Shown here: piece after piece, positions 18,201-28,200 of the stretch | Layout of the letters: the number at the start of each line of letters is the position of its first letter | Numbering within the stretch: position 1 is the first letter of the stretch | IMG/VR virus record: IMGVR_UViG_3300031555_010707 | Strand: one strand, 5' to 3' | From: a virus | Lineage: Duplodnaviria; Heunggongvirae; Uroviricota; Caudoviricetes | DNA length: 46,294 nt | Made by a program: the position numbers and the translations under genes | Notes under the pieces: generated by a model | What the model was told of the DNA's origin: nothing | Databases searched by the model: none | What the model saw: only the letters and a program-made list of their open reading frames with translations

Positions 18201-21200
18201 ATAGTTGTTCAGGAAATCGAGAGCGCTATTTCAATCTTGCAGGATGTTTGGGATAGACAGGCTCTTGATATTATTCGTACATATGAGAATTCTTGGAAAC
18301 AGTTGAATCCTATTGCTAATGCTTGGGCACAAATCAACCCTCTGTATGAGACGTTGAACAAACCCATGCAGGATATTGTCCAGTATATGATTGCTGGTCT
18401 TGACATTAAATCGATTGCACCGACGTCTGCTGATGATATTTGGAATTATATTCAAGGTAATATTATAGCACCGCTTTATAATTCTGCGCCAGAGGTAAAA
18501 GAGGCGTTTGCAAGCATTACGAACTGGCAAGAGATGCTCCAAGACGGAGATATGTCAAGTGAAGAATTTGCGAATCACATTAGAGACGCATTTACTTTGC
18601 TTTTCTCAGCAATGTCTACAGAACAGATCGATGAGTTCAAGTCTCATTTTGTGTCCGGTCTTGCCTCAATGGGTGTTGCTGGTGATGATTTCGATGCAGT
18701 TTTGAGTAACCTGATTACCGAATGGTCAACATTTGGAAAGAAGTCTTCCGAAGTTGCCTCTGAAACAAGCAGTCTTTCGGATGCCATATCTCGTTTGCAA
18801 AAAGGATACGATTTATTGGCAAAAGCCCAGGCTGAAATGAGATCAAATGGTGGTTTATCAGTAGATACAATTTCTTCTATTGCTACCATGCTTGGTGAGG
18901 GCGAAAAGATTACTGATTACCTCACTTATGAGAATGGCTTAATCAAACTCAATGAGGAAGCATGGAAAACCAGAGCTGCATCGATGATGACCGGCAATAT
19001 TGCCGCTATTGAAAAGCAAATTGCTGATCTTCAGGTTGAGAATGCAGCATTGTCCCAAGTTCCTGAAGACGCATGGGCAAACTCGGAGCTTATCGATCAG
19101 AACACGGAGTCGATTGCCGCTCTTAATGAAGAACTGGAACTTTATCGTGCAATTTATAATGAGATCGTTAATGGTTCTACTGATCCAATGAATCTCTCCA
19201 CGATGATTTCTGGTCTGGACAGTATTGGCAACAAAGCAAAAGGACTTCTGAGCGTTCTGAAAGATCTTGAAAACGGCACGGCTATGTCTGCCGGTGAAAT
19301 GGCCAATCTTTCTCTGCAATACGAAGAACTGTTTGGCATGGCTCCAGAGTACGATCTTACAACTTTGGAAGGTCAGAAATCCGCTATCGAAGCAATCATC
19401 TCTGCTTATGAGGCAGAATTTGACGCGATTATCGATACTCAAATTGCCGAGCTTGAAACCGCAAAGACAAGAGAAGGAATCACCGAAGCCGAAATAGCTG
19501 CTATTGACGCGAAGATTGCAAGGCTCAATACCCTTAAGGGTTTGGAATTGTCTGACATTTATGGTGATGGCGAAGACACGGTAACAAAACAAACCGAAAG
19601 ATATGGCGAACTTACGGATGCAATTAACGGGGTATCAAAAGCCATCAAACTTCTTACGGATATTCAGTCCGGTGAAGGCGATACTCTCGATATGTTGCAG
19701 ACTGTCGTCGGCATTCTGCAAGACGCAGAGAATTTGAACCTTGAAGACTTCATCAGTGGCTTCAGTGATGCTGGTGGTATTAACTGGAATGAAGAAGCGA
19801 TTCGCGCATGGTCTGATTCTCTTGTAGAAGCTGTGCCAGGCATTGAAGAGCTTAATGAGAAGTTCCCTGGCCTTACGCAGTATCTGAAAGATATGGCGGT
19901 CGCCGAAATAGAGGCAACCACCGAAGCTGAGAAGTTAGCTACTGCCTTTGACAATGTATCAAAGGTTCTTGATTTCGCTTCGAATCTTGATACAGAAGGA
20001 AATGATCCTCTTGAAATGATCCAGACTGCCACCGAACTGGCAGGGCTTGTTGAAGGAACTGATTGGACGAGTTGGGTGTCTGGTTTCGATAAGGCAACGG
20101 GAGCGATTTCTTGGAACGAAGAAGCCATTAAGTCTTTTACTGGTTCACTTGTTGACGCTATTCCTAATCTTCAGACTTTGGAAGATACATTCCCCGGCAT
20201 TACAGATTATCTGAAAGAAAATGCTTTCGCTGCTGCTGAAGCTGAAGTATCTTACGAAGCACTGTCTGATGCAATCAGCGGTGTTGGTAAAGCAGCAGAT
20301 TTGCTGACGGAAATCCATTCCGGCAGCTCCGATATTCTTGGAATGCTTGATGCCGTTGTTGAAATGGCAGAACAGAGCGGGCAGAGTCTCGATGAGTTCT
20401 TCACGGTTGCGAATGGCGAATTTACTTGGAACGAGGAGACTATTCGTGCCTGGTCGGATGCACTTGTTGAAAAGATTCGTGGACTGCCCGGTGTAACGGA
20501 CGAAGCCATTGAAGCAATTAAGGCAATGGCTCGTGCTGAAGTTGAGGCGGCTACGGCATCTGATCTGCTTTCTCAGGCAATCAGTGGAGTTAAGACCGCA
20601 TCCTCCCTGTTGACAGACATCAAGTCCGGTGAAGGCGATACTCTCGATATGTTGCAGACTGTGGCAGATATGGCGCAGCAGTCTGGCCAGAGTTTGAATG
20701 AGTTCTTCACTATCTCCGGTACGGAGATAAAATGGGATGAAGATGCCATCGTTGATTGGGCTGGCAATCTGGTTGATAGGCTGTCACAGGTTGTCGAAAT
20801 ATCTCCGGAGGTACAAGCGTATCTCAAAGGAATGATTGCTGCTGAGATTGAAGCAGCAACTGCGGCGGAGCGTATGGAGGCTGTTTACTCCAATATGCAG
20901 GCTGCAGCTGGTTCACATGGCGAATACGGCGGATATACACAGATTACATACGAGGATTACCAATCACTGATTGAGGCTGACCATCGATATGCCGCTGCGG
21001 TTGAATATCAGAACGGTGTTATGGTACTTAACGGCGCAAAGCATGATGAGATTACCGCTAAAATTCTTGACGAAACTCGCGCAATGGCAATGGCTGAAAA
21101 GCAAGCCATTCTGATGAGTGATGAATATCAGGAGTTGAGACGAAATCTTGATGCTGGTCTTCTGACCGAAGGTGAGGATCTGCAACGTTTGCTCGATCTG

Positions 21201-24200
21201 GAAACTCAAATCAAAGGATACGATGTTCTTGCGAAAGAGATTGACAATGCGACAAGTGCCTACTATCGCTGGTTGAACCGTAAGGGTGATGACGGCATGG
21301 ATCGCTACTCTCAGGCTATGTCTGCCTTTGAGTTAATCGATGACACATTGAACGACAAAGAAAGTGAATACTATGGTCGAATCGGACGCGAAGAGTTTGG
21401 TCTGGCTGTAGACTTCGTTCTTGGCGAGCATGTTGAGTTGAATACACCCGAGTTTGACAGAGCGATGAAGTTGGCAGAGCGTTACCTTACGGAAGGAGCA
21501 GAAGGAGCCGGCAACTTCTATGATGACTTGGTAAGCCACGGATTACTGGATGCGACAACAGGCGCTCTTGATTCTTCCATAGCTGAGATTGCCAAGACTT
21601 TGGGCGTATCTGAAGAAATGGTACGAACAATGATTGACAGGATTAACGAGTACCAAGAGGAAGCAAATAAGATTGAAGTTACTGAGCCGGAAGTCAGTGT
21701 AAGCACAGAAGATACCGAGACTGCTCTGGATCAGGTGATTACATCTCTCGAATCCGCCAATGAGTACATTTCAACGATTAGCGAAACCCCACTTGTTATA
21801 GCGGTTCAGGAAGAAGAAAAGACGACGACTGGTTTGACAATGATAAGCGATATGCTTGAAGCAATCAAGACCAGTCTGGCTACTATTCTTCAGAATCCTA
21901 TGGCTTTCAATGTGGACGACCTCTATTCTTCTGTTCAAAGCATCTTTGGCTATCTGGCCGAAATTGGTACAGCTATTGAAACCGCAAACGGCCTTGAATT
22001 GGACATCGATGGAAGTGGTAGCGTTGAAACTCTGGATGCGCTGAATTCTGCGGCTGAAGTTGTTGTTACTTCTCTTACGGCCATTTCTAATATTCTGACG
22101 GCGATTATTGCTTCAAGGGACGGCATCAACAAACAGGGAATCAGTATAACAACGGGTAGAACTTCATCACTGCTGGGCAGTGTATCTTCCAGCTTGAGCT
22201 CCATCATTGGCAAACTCAATCAGATTAAAGCGAATAGCAATATTACTATTCGAATCAATGAAATTACTACCAAGACTACTAAAACGTCTGGCGGCAGTTT
22301 CTGGTCGAATCTGTTTGGATCAGCAAGTGTTTCAGGCAATGCAGCTGTCCGTGGTACGGCTATGGCGGCTGGTGGGAATACGCTTGTCGGTGAGCTTGGT
22401 ATGGAAACGGTAGTCGATCCAGCAACGAATACATGGTACACCGTTGGTGAACGCGGTGCTGAGTTCGTCAAACTCCCGAAGAATGCCATCGTCTTTAACC
22501 ATAAGCAGACTGAAGAGCTGTTTGGTACAGGACATATTGACAGCAGAGGAGATGCCCTGGCTTCTGGTAATGCGGCTATTTCTCTGAAAGATATTGTATC
22601 AAAGGCTGGCTCTGTAATTTCTACGGTCAGTAAAGTAGCATCAGCTGTTTCAAAGACTACATCAAACACAAAGAAACAAACAACGCAAAAGAAAGCTACA
22701 AGTGCTGGCAGCACTACGTCCAGTTCGTCAAAATCCGTTTTGTCTGGAATTGTATCTGGGATTTCTAATGCAGTATCAAACGTGGTAGGTGCTGTTTCCA
22801 GCGCAGTTTCTGGTGTTGCGGCAGGAGTAGGTGCTTTTGTAAATGGTATTTCTGATGCTGTAAATGGCTCAGGGGTTCAAAGACCTGGCGGAGGAACCTC
22901 TTCTGGTGGTAACAAGACCGGAGGATCAACAGGTGGTTCTTCCGGCGGTGGTTCTAAAGAAGAAAACAAACTTGAAAAACTGAAGGAGCAATACGAAGAG
23001 CTCAACAAGCAAACTGAGCATCTTATTGCTCATCAGGAGTTCTTGTACAAACAGGCTGAAAAGGGATTGAATTATCCCGGTATGGAGCAATCGCTTCAGA
23101 ATCAGGCTGAATTGTATAAGAAAATAATGTCTGATTCTCAGGCGGCTGTTACTGCGATGATTGCTGCAGGAGCAAGTGATACTGACGAAGAGCTGCAAGC
23201 AATGGAAGAGGCGTATTGGAGTGCCTATGAAAGCCTTTATGATACGCTTGACCAGATCAACTCTTTGTATGTCGATGCGCTCAACGAGAAGATTGATGGA
23301 ATCCAAAGTGCATATGAGAATCTGAAAGTTGCTGCTGAGGAATTCAATAGCGGAGGTATTACTGTTGATACATTCCAGGCGTTGATCGAGAACGGTGTTC
23401 AGTATATGAGCCTTCTCGATAATATCAATGGCCAGTATGTCATTAACACAGAAGGCATCCAACGCATGATGGCTGCGCAGAAGGAACAGTTGGCAATTGA
23501 GTCGGCTTTGTCCTATCTGCAAAAGCTGAAAACGGCTTTGGCTGATGGAGAAACGAATGCTGTTGCTGCCCTTGTCAATATGACCGAGGCGCTTAGCACT
23601 TCTACATGGGATGCTGTGTATGCGCAGGCTGCTTTGCTGAGAGGTTCCGGTGGGCTTACTGAAGCGCAATACGCTCAGGTTATCGCCAATATTGATGCTC
23701 TTAGGGCTATCGCGGCAGCTGTAAATACAGATATTACAGCCAGTGCTCAAGATAATGCAAATACGCAGGCTGAGAAAAACGAAGCGCAAATCGATGCTCT
23801 GGAGGAAATTCTGAGCCTTACCGAAGACTTGATTAAGGCCGATGCCGAGGAAAGAATTGAAGCTCTTGAAGATGAAATTGATGCGTATCAGAAGATCATT
23901 GATCTGAAGAAAGAATCTCTGAGAGCCAGTAAGGAAGAAGATAACTACACCAAGAATGTAGCTCAAAAGACTGGCGAGATTGCAAAGATTCAGGCCAGAA
24001 TCGATCAGCTCAAACTGGATGATAGTCGTGAAGCCCGTGCCGAACGGGCAAGGCTTGAAGAAGAGTTGGCTGGTCTGCAGAGCGACCTTGGCGATTTGCA
24101 GAGCGATCATTCTTACGACATGCAGGAAAGTGCTTTGGATCAGGCTGCTCAAGAATTTGAGGATGCCAGACAACAGGAAATTGAAGCTATCGAAGATAGC

Positions 24201-25172
24201 ATTAGTTCTGCTGAAAAGTTGTATCAGGCCGCACTCGAACGGTTGAATAGCGGATGGGATACTCTCTACGATGATCTTATTGCGTGGAACACAGAGATGG
24301 GTTCTTCACTGAATAGTGAAATCACGGAGAATTGGCTTGCTGCGGCAGAAGCGGTTCAGCTCTATGGCTCCTATTTGCAGGCCGTAAATGGCTTGAAGCA
24401 AGAGCAGGAGTCAGCAAGCTCTACTGGTTCGAGCAACACTGTAGCTACGGGCACTCCTACGACAATTCCGACAGCTCCCTCTGTCCCCTCTACCCCGCCT
24501 GCATCAGAGCGGACAGAACCGACTCCTTCTGAACCAGAACCAGAACCTATCAAAAAGGTTAAGGTTGTTGACGGCAGATGGAACGTGAGAACCGGCCCGA
24601 GCACTTCTAAGAAGATTCTTGGCGTTGTTGGCGAAGGCACTGTTCTTGAATATCGTGGACAAACATCAGGTAACTGGTATGCTGTCAGATACAAGAACCA
24701 AGATGCTTGGATCAACAACGGAGGCAGCAAGCTCATTGAAGAATTGCCGCAATATCACCAAGGCGGTGTTGCTGGTGATAAGGCGACTCTAAAAGATAAT
24801 GAGATTCTTTCTGTTCTGGAGGAGGGCGAACTTGTTCTGACAGATAAGATGAAGAAAGCGGCATACAAGCTGATTGACTTCAAAGATTATCTGGAGAAGA
24901 AGCTCGGAACCGCTATTGGTTCTGTGTCCGCCCCGCTTCCGCAGCTACCAGCATTGGCCGGTGTCGGTGCTCTTGGCAATGGAGGCGTGGACATTGGGCA
25001 GATGAATTTCAGCCCGACTATCCAAGTCGAAATCAACCACAGCGGCGCTATGTCTGATAAAGACGCACGGCAATATGGCAAGACGATTGCTGATACTGCC
25101 ATGAACGAACTTTATGAAGGATTCCGCCAGCGTGGTATAGGAAAGATTTTCGGCACAAAACCAACACAATAA
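15243..25172 (+). CDS. Tape measure protein (about 3309 aa) with C-terminal SH3b-like domain
   Basis: GTG 15243 with AAGGTGA RBS; TP901-type TMP core (ELDTAMTELKKVT...VGNNFAISSSGIG...GKRNANV); Ala-rich helices; SH3b-like WNVRTGPST...NWYAVRY near the C-terminus. Confidence 0.88.
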   Translation: MAFGVKVKLDVEVIGGSKLRSQIQQAVENATQGKPIKIRHLSIDLGRQEAQRISKQLESAIASQDITIKIAKIDASKPVAQLKKQLTTMLSGLSITGLKDFLGADGVASSYDKATAAANKLAEAQENVRKRTEEANVALKTLKTVQSTLNTVFKSSSGVGDQAKLEAYLTTYRELLVASESAKNMQGDAQAAEVIRITAATVALKQQVDAQLEAEKAAKKKATAAKSAEETARQASTEAERQMRKEATLAKQISQLYQRINAWAKNNPKAYAANKVAIDAMLSSLSNGSIEAASGLKQLDARFQEIITSTQQAGLTGKTFFDVLKAGWAKFGGWTLVTKSMMAAINTVKDMVKAVIELDTAMTELKKVTDLSSQAYANFAAKATQTAKRIGASVADTVSATADFARLGYNIEEAASLAEAALVYKNVGDGIEDITIATESLISTLKAFGIEANSAMNIVDMFNEVGNNFAISSSGIGDALQRSASALAAAGNTIEQSIGLVTAMNSVVQNPESVGTALKTLTMYLRAAKTEAEEAGVETEGMADSVAELRGELKDLTGVDIMIDDSTFKSTYQIIKEIAKVWDSLTDVSRSNVLNLLGGKRNANVIASLITNFEDAEKAMKSAMNSLGSATVENEKYLDSIAGKISVFKANFEELSSTIVDSDLVKFIVDFGTGVIGVLTKLINVMNMLGGLKTILLAVSSAFLVLKGGMLGLMAANTVTVLFTKVRSAITSITAIVPSAIAAWKAYAAGIVSANTAIQASIPVIGLILAAISAVVAGVSYFSSATDKAADEAETSIEDLKSELSSLLASTQSIVTKFRNLRDSAEETIPRFIELAKGVNSLGEQVDLTDEEYDEFLSLNNQIAEMFPELNLGMDSNGNAMLSLSYSAETLTKSLWGLVEAQRAVANEELAKTMPDVLSNLAAQGEEYVTQLENLDREIYYAARTIYYNAGQLSKKDLPKDYEYDQRKYVEILDKYGIDYVNESGKIVVQEIESAISILQDVWDRQALDIIRTYENSWKQLNPIANAWAQINPLYETLNKPMQDIVQYMIAGLDIKSIAPTSADDIWNYIQGNIIAPLYNSAPEVKEAFASITNWQEMLQDGDMSSEEFANHIRDAFTLLFSAMSTEQIDEFKSHFVSGLASMGVAGDDFDAVLSNLITEWSTFGKKSSEVASETSSLSDAISRLQKGYDLLAKAQAEMRSNGGLSVDTISSIATMLGEGEKITDYLTYENGLIKLNEEAWKTRAASMMTGNIAAIEKQIADLQVENAALSQVPEDAWANSELIDQNTESIAALNEELELYRAIYNEIVNGSTDPMNLSTMISGLDSIGNKAKGLLSVLKDLENGTAMSAGEMANLSLQYEELFGMAPEYDLTTLEGQKSAIEAIISAYEAEFDAIIDTQIAELETAKTREGITEAEIAAIDAKIARLNTLKGLELSDIYGDGEDTVTKQTERYGELTDAINGVSKAIKLLTDIQSGEGDTLDMLQTVVGILQDAENLNLEDFISGFSDAGGINWNEEAIRAWSDSLVEAVPGIEELNEKFPGLTQYLKDMAVAEIEATTEAEKLATAFDNVSKVLDFASNLDTEGNDPLEMIQTATELAGLVEGTDWTSWVSGFDKATGAISWNEEAIKSFTGSLVDAIPNLQTLEDTFPGITDYLKENAFAAAEAEVSYEALSDAISGVGKAADLLTEIHSGSSDILGMLDAVVEMAEQSGQSLDEFFTVANGEFTWNEETIRAWSDALVEKIRGLPGVTDEAIEAIKAMARAEVEAATASDLLSQAISGVKTASSLLTDIKSGEGDTLDMLQTVADMAQQSGQSLNEFFTISGTEIKWDEDAIVDWAGNLVDRLSQVVEISPEVQAYLKGMIAAEIEAATAAERMEAVYSNMQAAAGSHGEYGGYTQITYEDYQSLIEADHRYAAAVEYQNGVMVLNGAKHDEITAKILDETRAMAMAEKQAILMSDEYQELRRNLDAGLLTEGEDLQRLLDLETQIKGYDVLAKEIDNATSAYYRWLNRKGDDGMDRYSQAMSAFELIDDTLNDKESEYYGRIGREEFGLAVDFVLGEHVELNTPEFDRAMKLAERYLTEGAEGAGNFYDDLVSHGLLDATTGALDSSIAEIAKTLGVSEEMVRTMIDRINEYQEEANKIEVTEPEVSVSTEDTETALDQVITSLESANEYISTISETPLVIAVQEEEKTTTGLTMISDMLEAIKTSLATILQNPMAFNVDDLYSSVQSIFGYLAEIGTAIETANGLELDIDGSGSVETLDALNSAAEVVVTSLTAISNILTAIIASRDGINKQGISITTGRTSSLLGSVSSSLSSIIGKLNQIKANSNITIRINEITTKTTKTSGGSFWSNLFGSASVSGNAAVRGTAMAAGGNTLVGELGMETVVDPATNTWYTVGERGAEFVKLPKNAIVFNHKQTEELFGTGHIDSRGDALASGNAAISLKDIVSKAGSVISTVSKVASAVSKTTSNTKKQTTQKKATSAGSTTSSSSKSVLSGIVSGISNAVSNVVGAVSSAVSGVAAGVGAFVNGISDAVNGSGVQRPGGGTSSGGNKTGGSTGGSSGGGSKEENKLEKLKEQYEELNKQTEHLIAHQEFLYKQAEKGLNYPGMEQSLQNQAELYKKIMSDSQAAVTAMIAAGASDTDEELQAMEEAYWSAYESLYDTLDQINSLYVDALNEKIDGIQSAYENLKVAAEEFNSGGITVDTFQALIENGVQYMSLLDNINGQYVINTEGIQRMMAAQKEQLAIESALSYLQKLKTALADGETNAVAALVNMTEALSTSTWDAVYAQAALLRGSGGLTEAQYAQVIANIDALRAIAAAVNTDITASAQDNANTQAEKNEAQIDALEEILSLTEDLIKADAEERIEALEDEIDAYQKIIDLKKESLRASKEEDNYTKNVAQKTGEIAKIQARIDQLKLDDSREARAERARLEEELAGLQSDLGDLQSDHSYDMQESALDQAAQEFEDARQQEIEAIEDSISSAEKLYQAALERLNSGWDTLYDDLIAWNTEMGSSLNSEITENWLAAAEAVQLYGSYLQAVNGLKQEQESASSTGSSNTVATGTPTTIPTAPSVPSTPPASERTEPTPSEPEPEPIKKVKVVDGRWNVRTGPSTSKKILGVVGEGTVLEYRGQTSGNWYAVRYKNQDAWINNGGSKLIEELPQYHQGGVAGDKATLKDNEILSVLEEGELVLTDKMKKAAYKLIDFKDYLEKKLGTAIGSVSAPLPQLPALAGVGALGNGGVDIGQMNFSPTIQVEINHSGAMSDKDARQYGKTIADTAMNELYEGFRQRGIGKIFGTKPTQ
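19608..20880 (+). repeat. Four tandem ~102-109-aa repeats inside TMP; units 1 and 4 share an identical 40-nt block
   Basis: Unit starts LTDAINGVSKA / LATAFDNVSKV / LSDAISGVGKA / LSQAISGVKTA; AGTCCGGTGAAGGCGATACTCTCGATATGTTGCAGACTGT at 19666-19705 and 20623-20662. Confidence 0.8.
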
Positions 25173-25180
25173 CAACAATA

Positions 25181-25211
25181 ACCGGGAGGTGAAATACCCT
25201 CCCGGTATTTC
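25181..25211 (+). terminator. Intrinsic terminator after TMP
   Basis: ACCGGGAGG-tgaaatac-CCTCCCGGT followed by ATTTTCT. Confidence 0.55.
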
Positions 25212-25232
25212 TATAAGGAGGTGGCGCGGTAG

Positions 25233-28200
25233 ATGGTCGTAAAATTCTCTAACATCGACTTTAGCGAGCGACCAATACTGATACTGAAAAATGCCAGCGA
25301 TACACCTCTTGGCGTACTTGGATACGCTAAAAATGTTTCTGTTGATCTCAAATACAATGAGACATCAAGCATTGAATTTGAGGTTCCTGAATTTGTAGAT
25401 GGAGAAGCTACTCCATATTACAATGACATTGCTGGTATGCGCACGCTGGAACTTCAAGGAATTGGTCAGTTCACTTTGGTTTCTCCTTCTGAGAATGGAG
25501 ACGGCGTGCAGAGAAAAAAGGTGTGCAAAGGATATTCCCTTGAATACGAGTTCGTATACAAGAAGATTTCTCTTCCTGAGAGCACCTATAAGTTCTGGGA
25601 TGAACTAAACCCGCAGAATACTTTGCTGGGCATGATTATGGAGCTGATGCCGAGTTGGAGCATTGGTTCTGTCTCTATGACGTTGCAGAATAAGTATCGT
25701 ACTTTTGAAGTGAACAACGAGAATCTCTATAATCTTATCAAAGGAACGGTACAGAAGTCTTATAATTGTATCTTTGATTTTGATACGATGACCAGACGTG
25801 TATATGTTCGTGATGCTTCTGAAACGCCGGTTGACAAGCCTGTGTTTCTTTCGCTTGATAATCTTGTGAAGGAAATAGAGATTACAGAAAACACCGAGGA
25901 CATCTTCACTCGCCTTGATGTGAACGGAGCTGAAGGCGTAACCATTCGAGATGTAAGTCCATCGGGTACAAACAGGATTATCAATCTCGATTACTACATG
26001 ACTGAAGATAATTTCTCTCCTGCGTTGATTGCAAAATACTATGAATGGAAGCGTCTGTATGATGAAAACAGACAGCCATACTATACACGCTCTGTTCAGT
26101 ATGCTATTAAGACCGCCCAGAAGGTTACTGAGCTGGCAAAGCTCACTGATCTTCAAGGAGAGATGACCAGCTTGGAAAACCTTCAGGCTGTCGCTATTGA
26201 AGGAATTGCGCAAGGCTTGAAGACTCAGGCGGATTTGAATGAAGCTAACGCCAATATTGCTGCCAAGCAGATAGAAATTGACGCTAAGCAAGCTGAGATT
26301 GATGCTCTTCAAGCCGAGCTTGAAGCGATTCATCTTCAGCTAAAAGCAATCACAGAGGCTTGCAACTTTGAAAAGTATTTTACGGCTGCTGAATACAAGC
26401 TGTTGGATAGATACATCAAAGACGGTGAAATCACCGAAGCAAGTTTCGTTGTTGCCGAGGTTGCCTCATATGAGAATGCCGGAAACGGCAGGAGTGTCGG
26501 CTCAATTTCAGTATCATTCAGTGGATGCGAGATTGTGCAAATCGATGGAGTGAACGGCAGCAAAATATATGACATCAAAGGCGGAAATATAACTATCGCC
26601 GATGACCTGAGCGCTAATGTGGTTTCGGCTATCATTGATCGTCAGTCAAATGGTTCGTTTGTAGCAACGGCTTATTTGAGCTCTGGCACGATTGCGGGTA
26701 ATACATTTCCAAGCGCATGTGTTTCACTTACGGGCGACGGTGGCAGCATTACTGCAGGAGCAGATTCTGCAACTGTGAATCTGACAAATGGCTATCGGTA
26801 CTTTACCCTGGATGCAAGCGAATATGAAAAGCGCAGCGTCGCATGGGAGCTGTATGAATATGGCGAAGAAGTGCTGAATAAGTTGTCGGTTCCATCTTAT
26901 AGCTTCAATGTTACAAGCGCGAACTTCTTGACGCTGGACGAGTTTGTTACGTTTAAGAATGAACTTACTCTTGGTGAGAAGATTTATATCGACATGGGAG
27001 AACGCGGTGTTTTGCGTCCTATTGCGATTGGAGTCAGATTATCATTTGATGATCCTGAAAGCATGGATTTGCTGTTTAGCGATAGCTATGCTTCCGGGGA
27101 CAGCACATTCAGACTTATTGATTTGCTTGAACAGAGCATTTCTATGGGCAAGAATGTGGAGATGAGCAAGTTTATCTATTCTTCTTTCGTTGATAGTGGT
27201 GCAAGCACTGGTTTGCGCGATTTCATGACATCTGCGCTGGACGTTGCAAAGAATGCAATCATGTCCTCTACGAATCAGGCGATCTCATGGGATGGAGCAG
27301 GACTTAGGTTGCGCAAGTGGACGAATGATTCTCATACTGCATATGAGCCAGAACAAATCTGGATGAACAACAACAGTATTGTGATGACTGATGATAATTG
27401 GGCAACCGCCGAGATGGCGATTGGCAAGTTCCATGACGAGAATCTGGGAGATTGCTGGGGTATTGTTGCACCACGAATTGTCGGTACTTTGCTTGCCGGT
27501 GGTACTCTGGTCATTGAGAGTGCAAAGAGAGATGGCGATACTGCCCTTTTCCGCGTAGATGGAGATGGTTGCTATATCTACAATAGCGACATCAGTGTGT
27601 GCGGAGATCAGACTCATATTGTATTGAATCCTGACATTGGTTTTGTAATTGGTGCGTATCCCGTATATAGCATCAATGAAGAAACAGGCGTTAAAACACT
27701 CATTGAGGAAAACGCTAAGTTCTGGGCAGACACCAATGGTAATCTGAACCTTACAGGCAACATTACAGCGACAAGCCTGATTATCAAAGACGGTGATACT
27801 AATAAGCCGGTCGATGAATACGTTGGCGACAGAGTTGATCCCGTGCGTGAGTCTCTTGAAGATTTGATTGATACGGTTGACGGAGAAACCGTTATTCATT
27901 ATAGCACCTCTGCACCGACTAATCCAGACAACAAAGATATTTGGTACAATACTTCCAGCCATAAGATTTGGCGCTATGACAGTGATGCAAAAGCATGGGA
28001 AGACATTACCGATACATCCTTGGGCATCTCCTTAAAAAAAATCAGTGACGCTCAGGCAACGGCTGATGGGAAGATTATCACTTTTGCGCAGCCAAATCAG
28101 CCCACTGCAGCCGCTATTGGCGATTTGTGGATTGATACAGATGATAAGAACAAGTTGTATCGCTGGAATGGAACTAAATGGGAAGAATACAGAGATAAAA

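Noticed and set aside
22560-22960. Ser/Thr/Gly low-complexity stretch in TMP as a separate repeat element
   Set aside because: An in-frame flexible linker with no nucleotide-level periodicity
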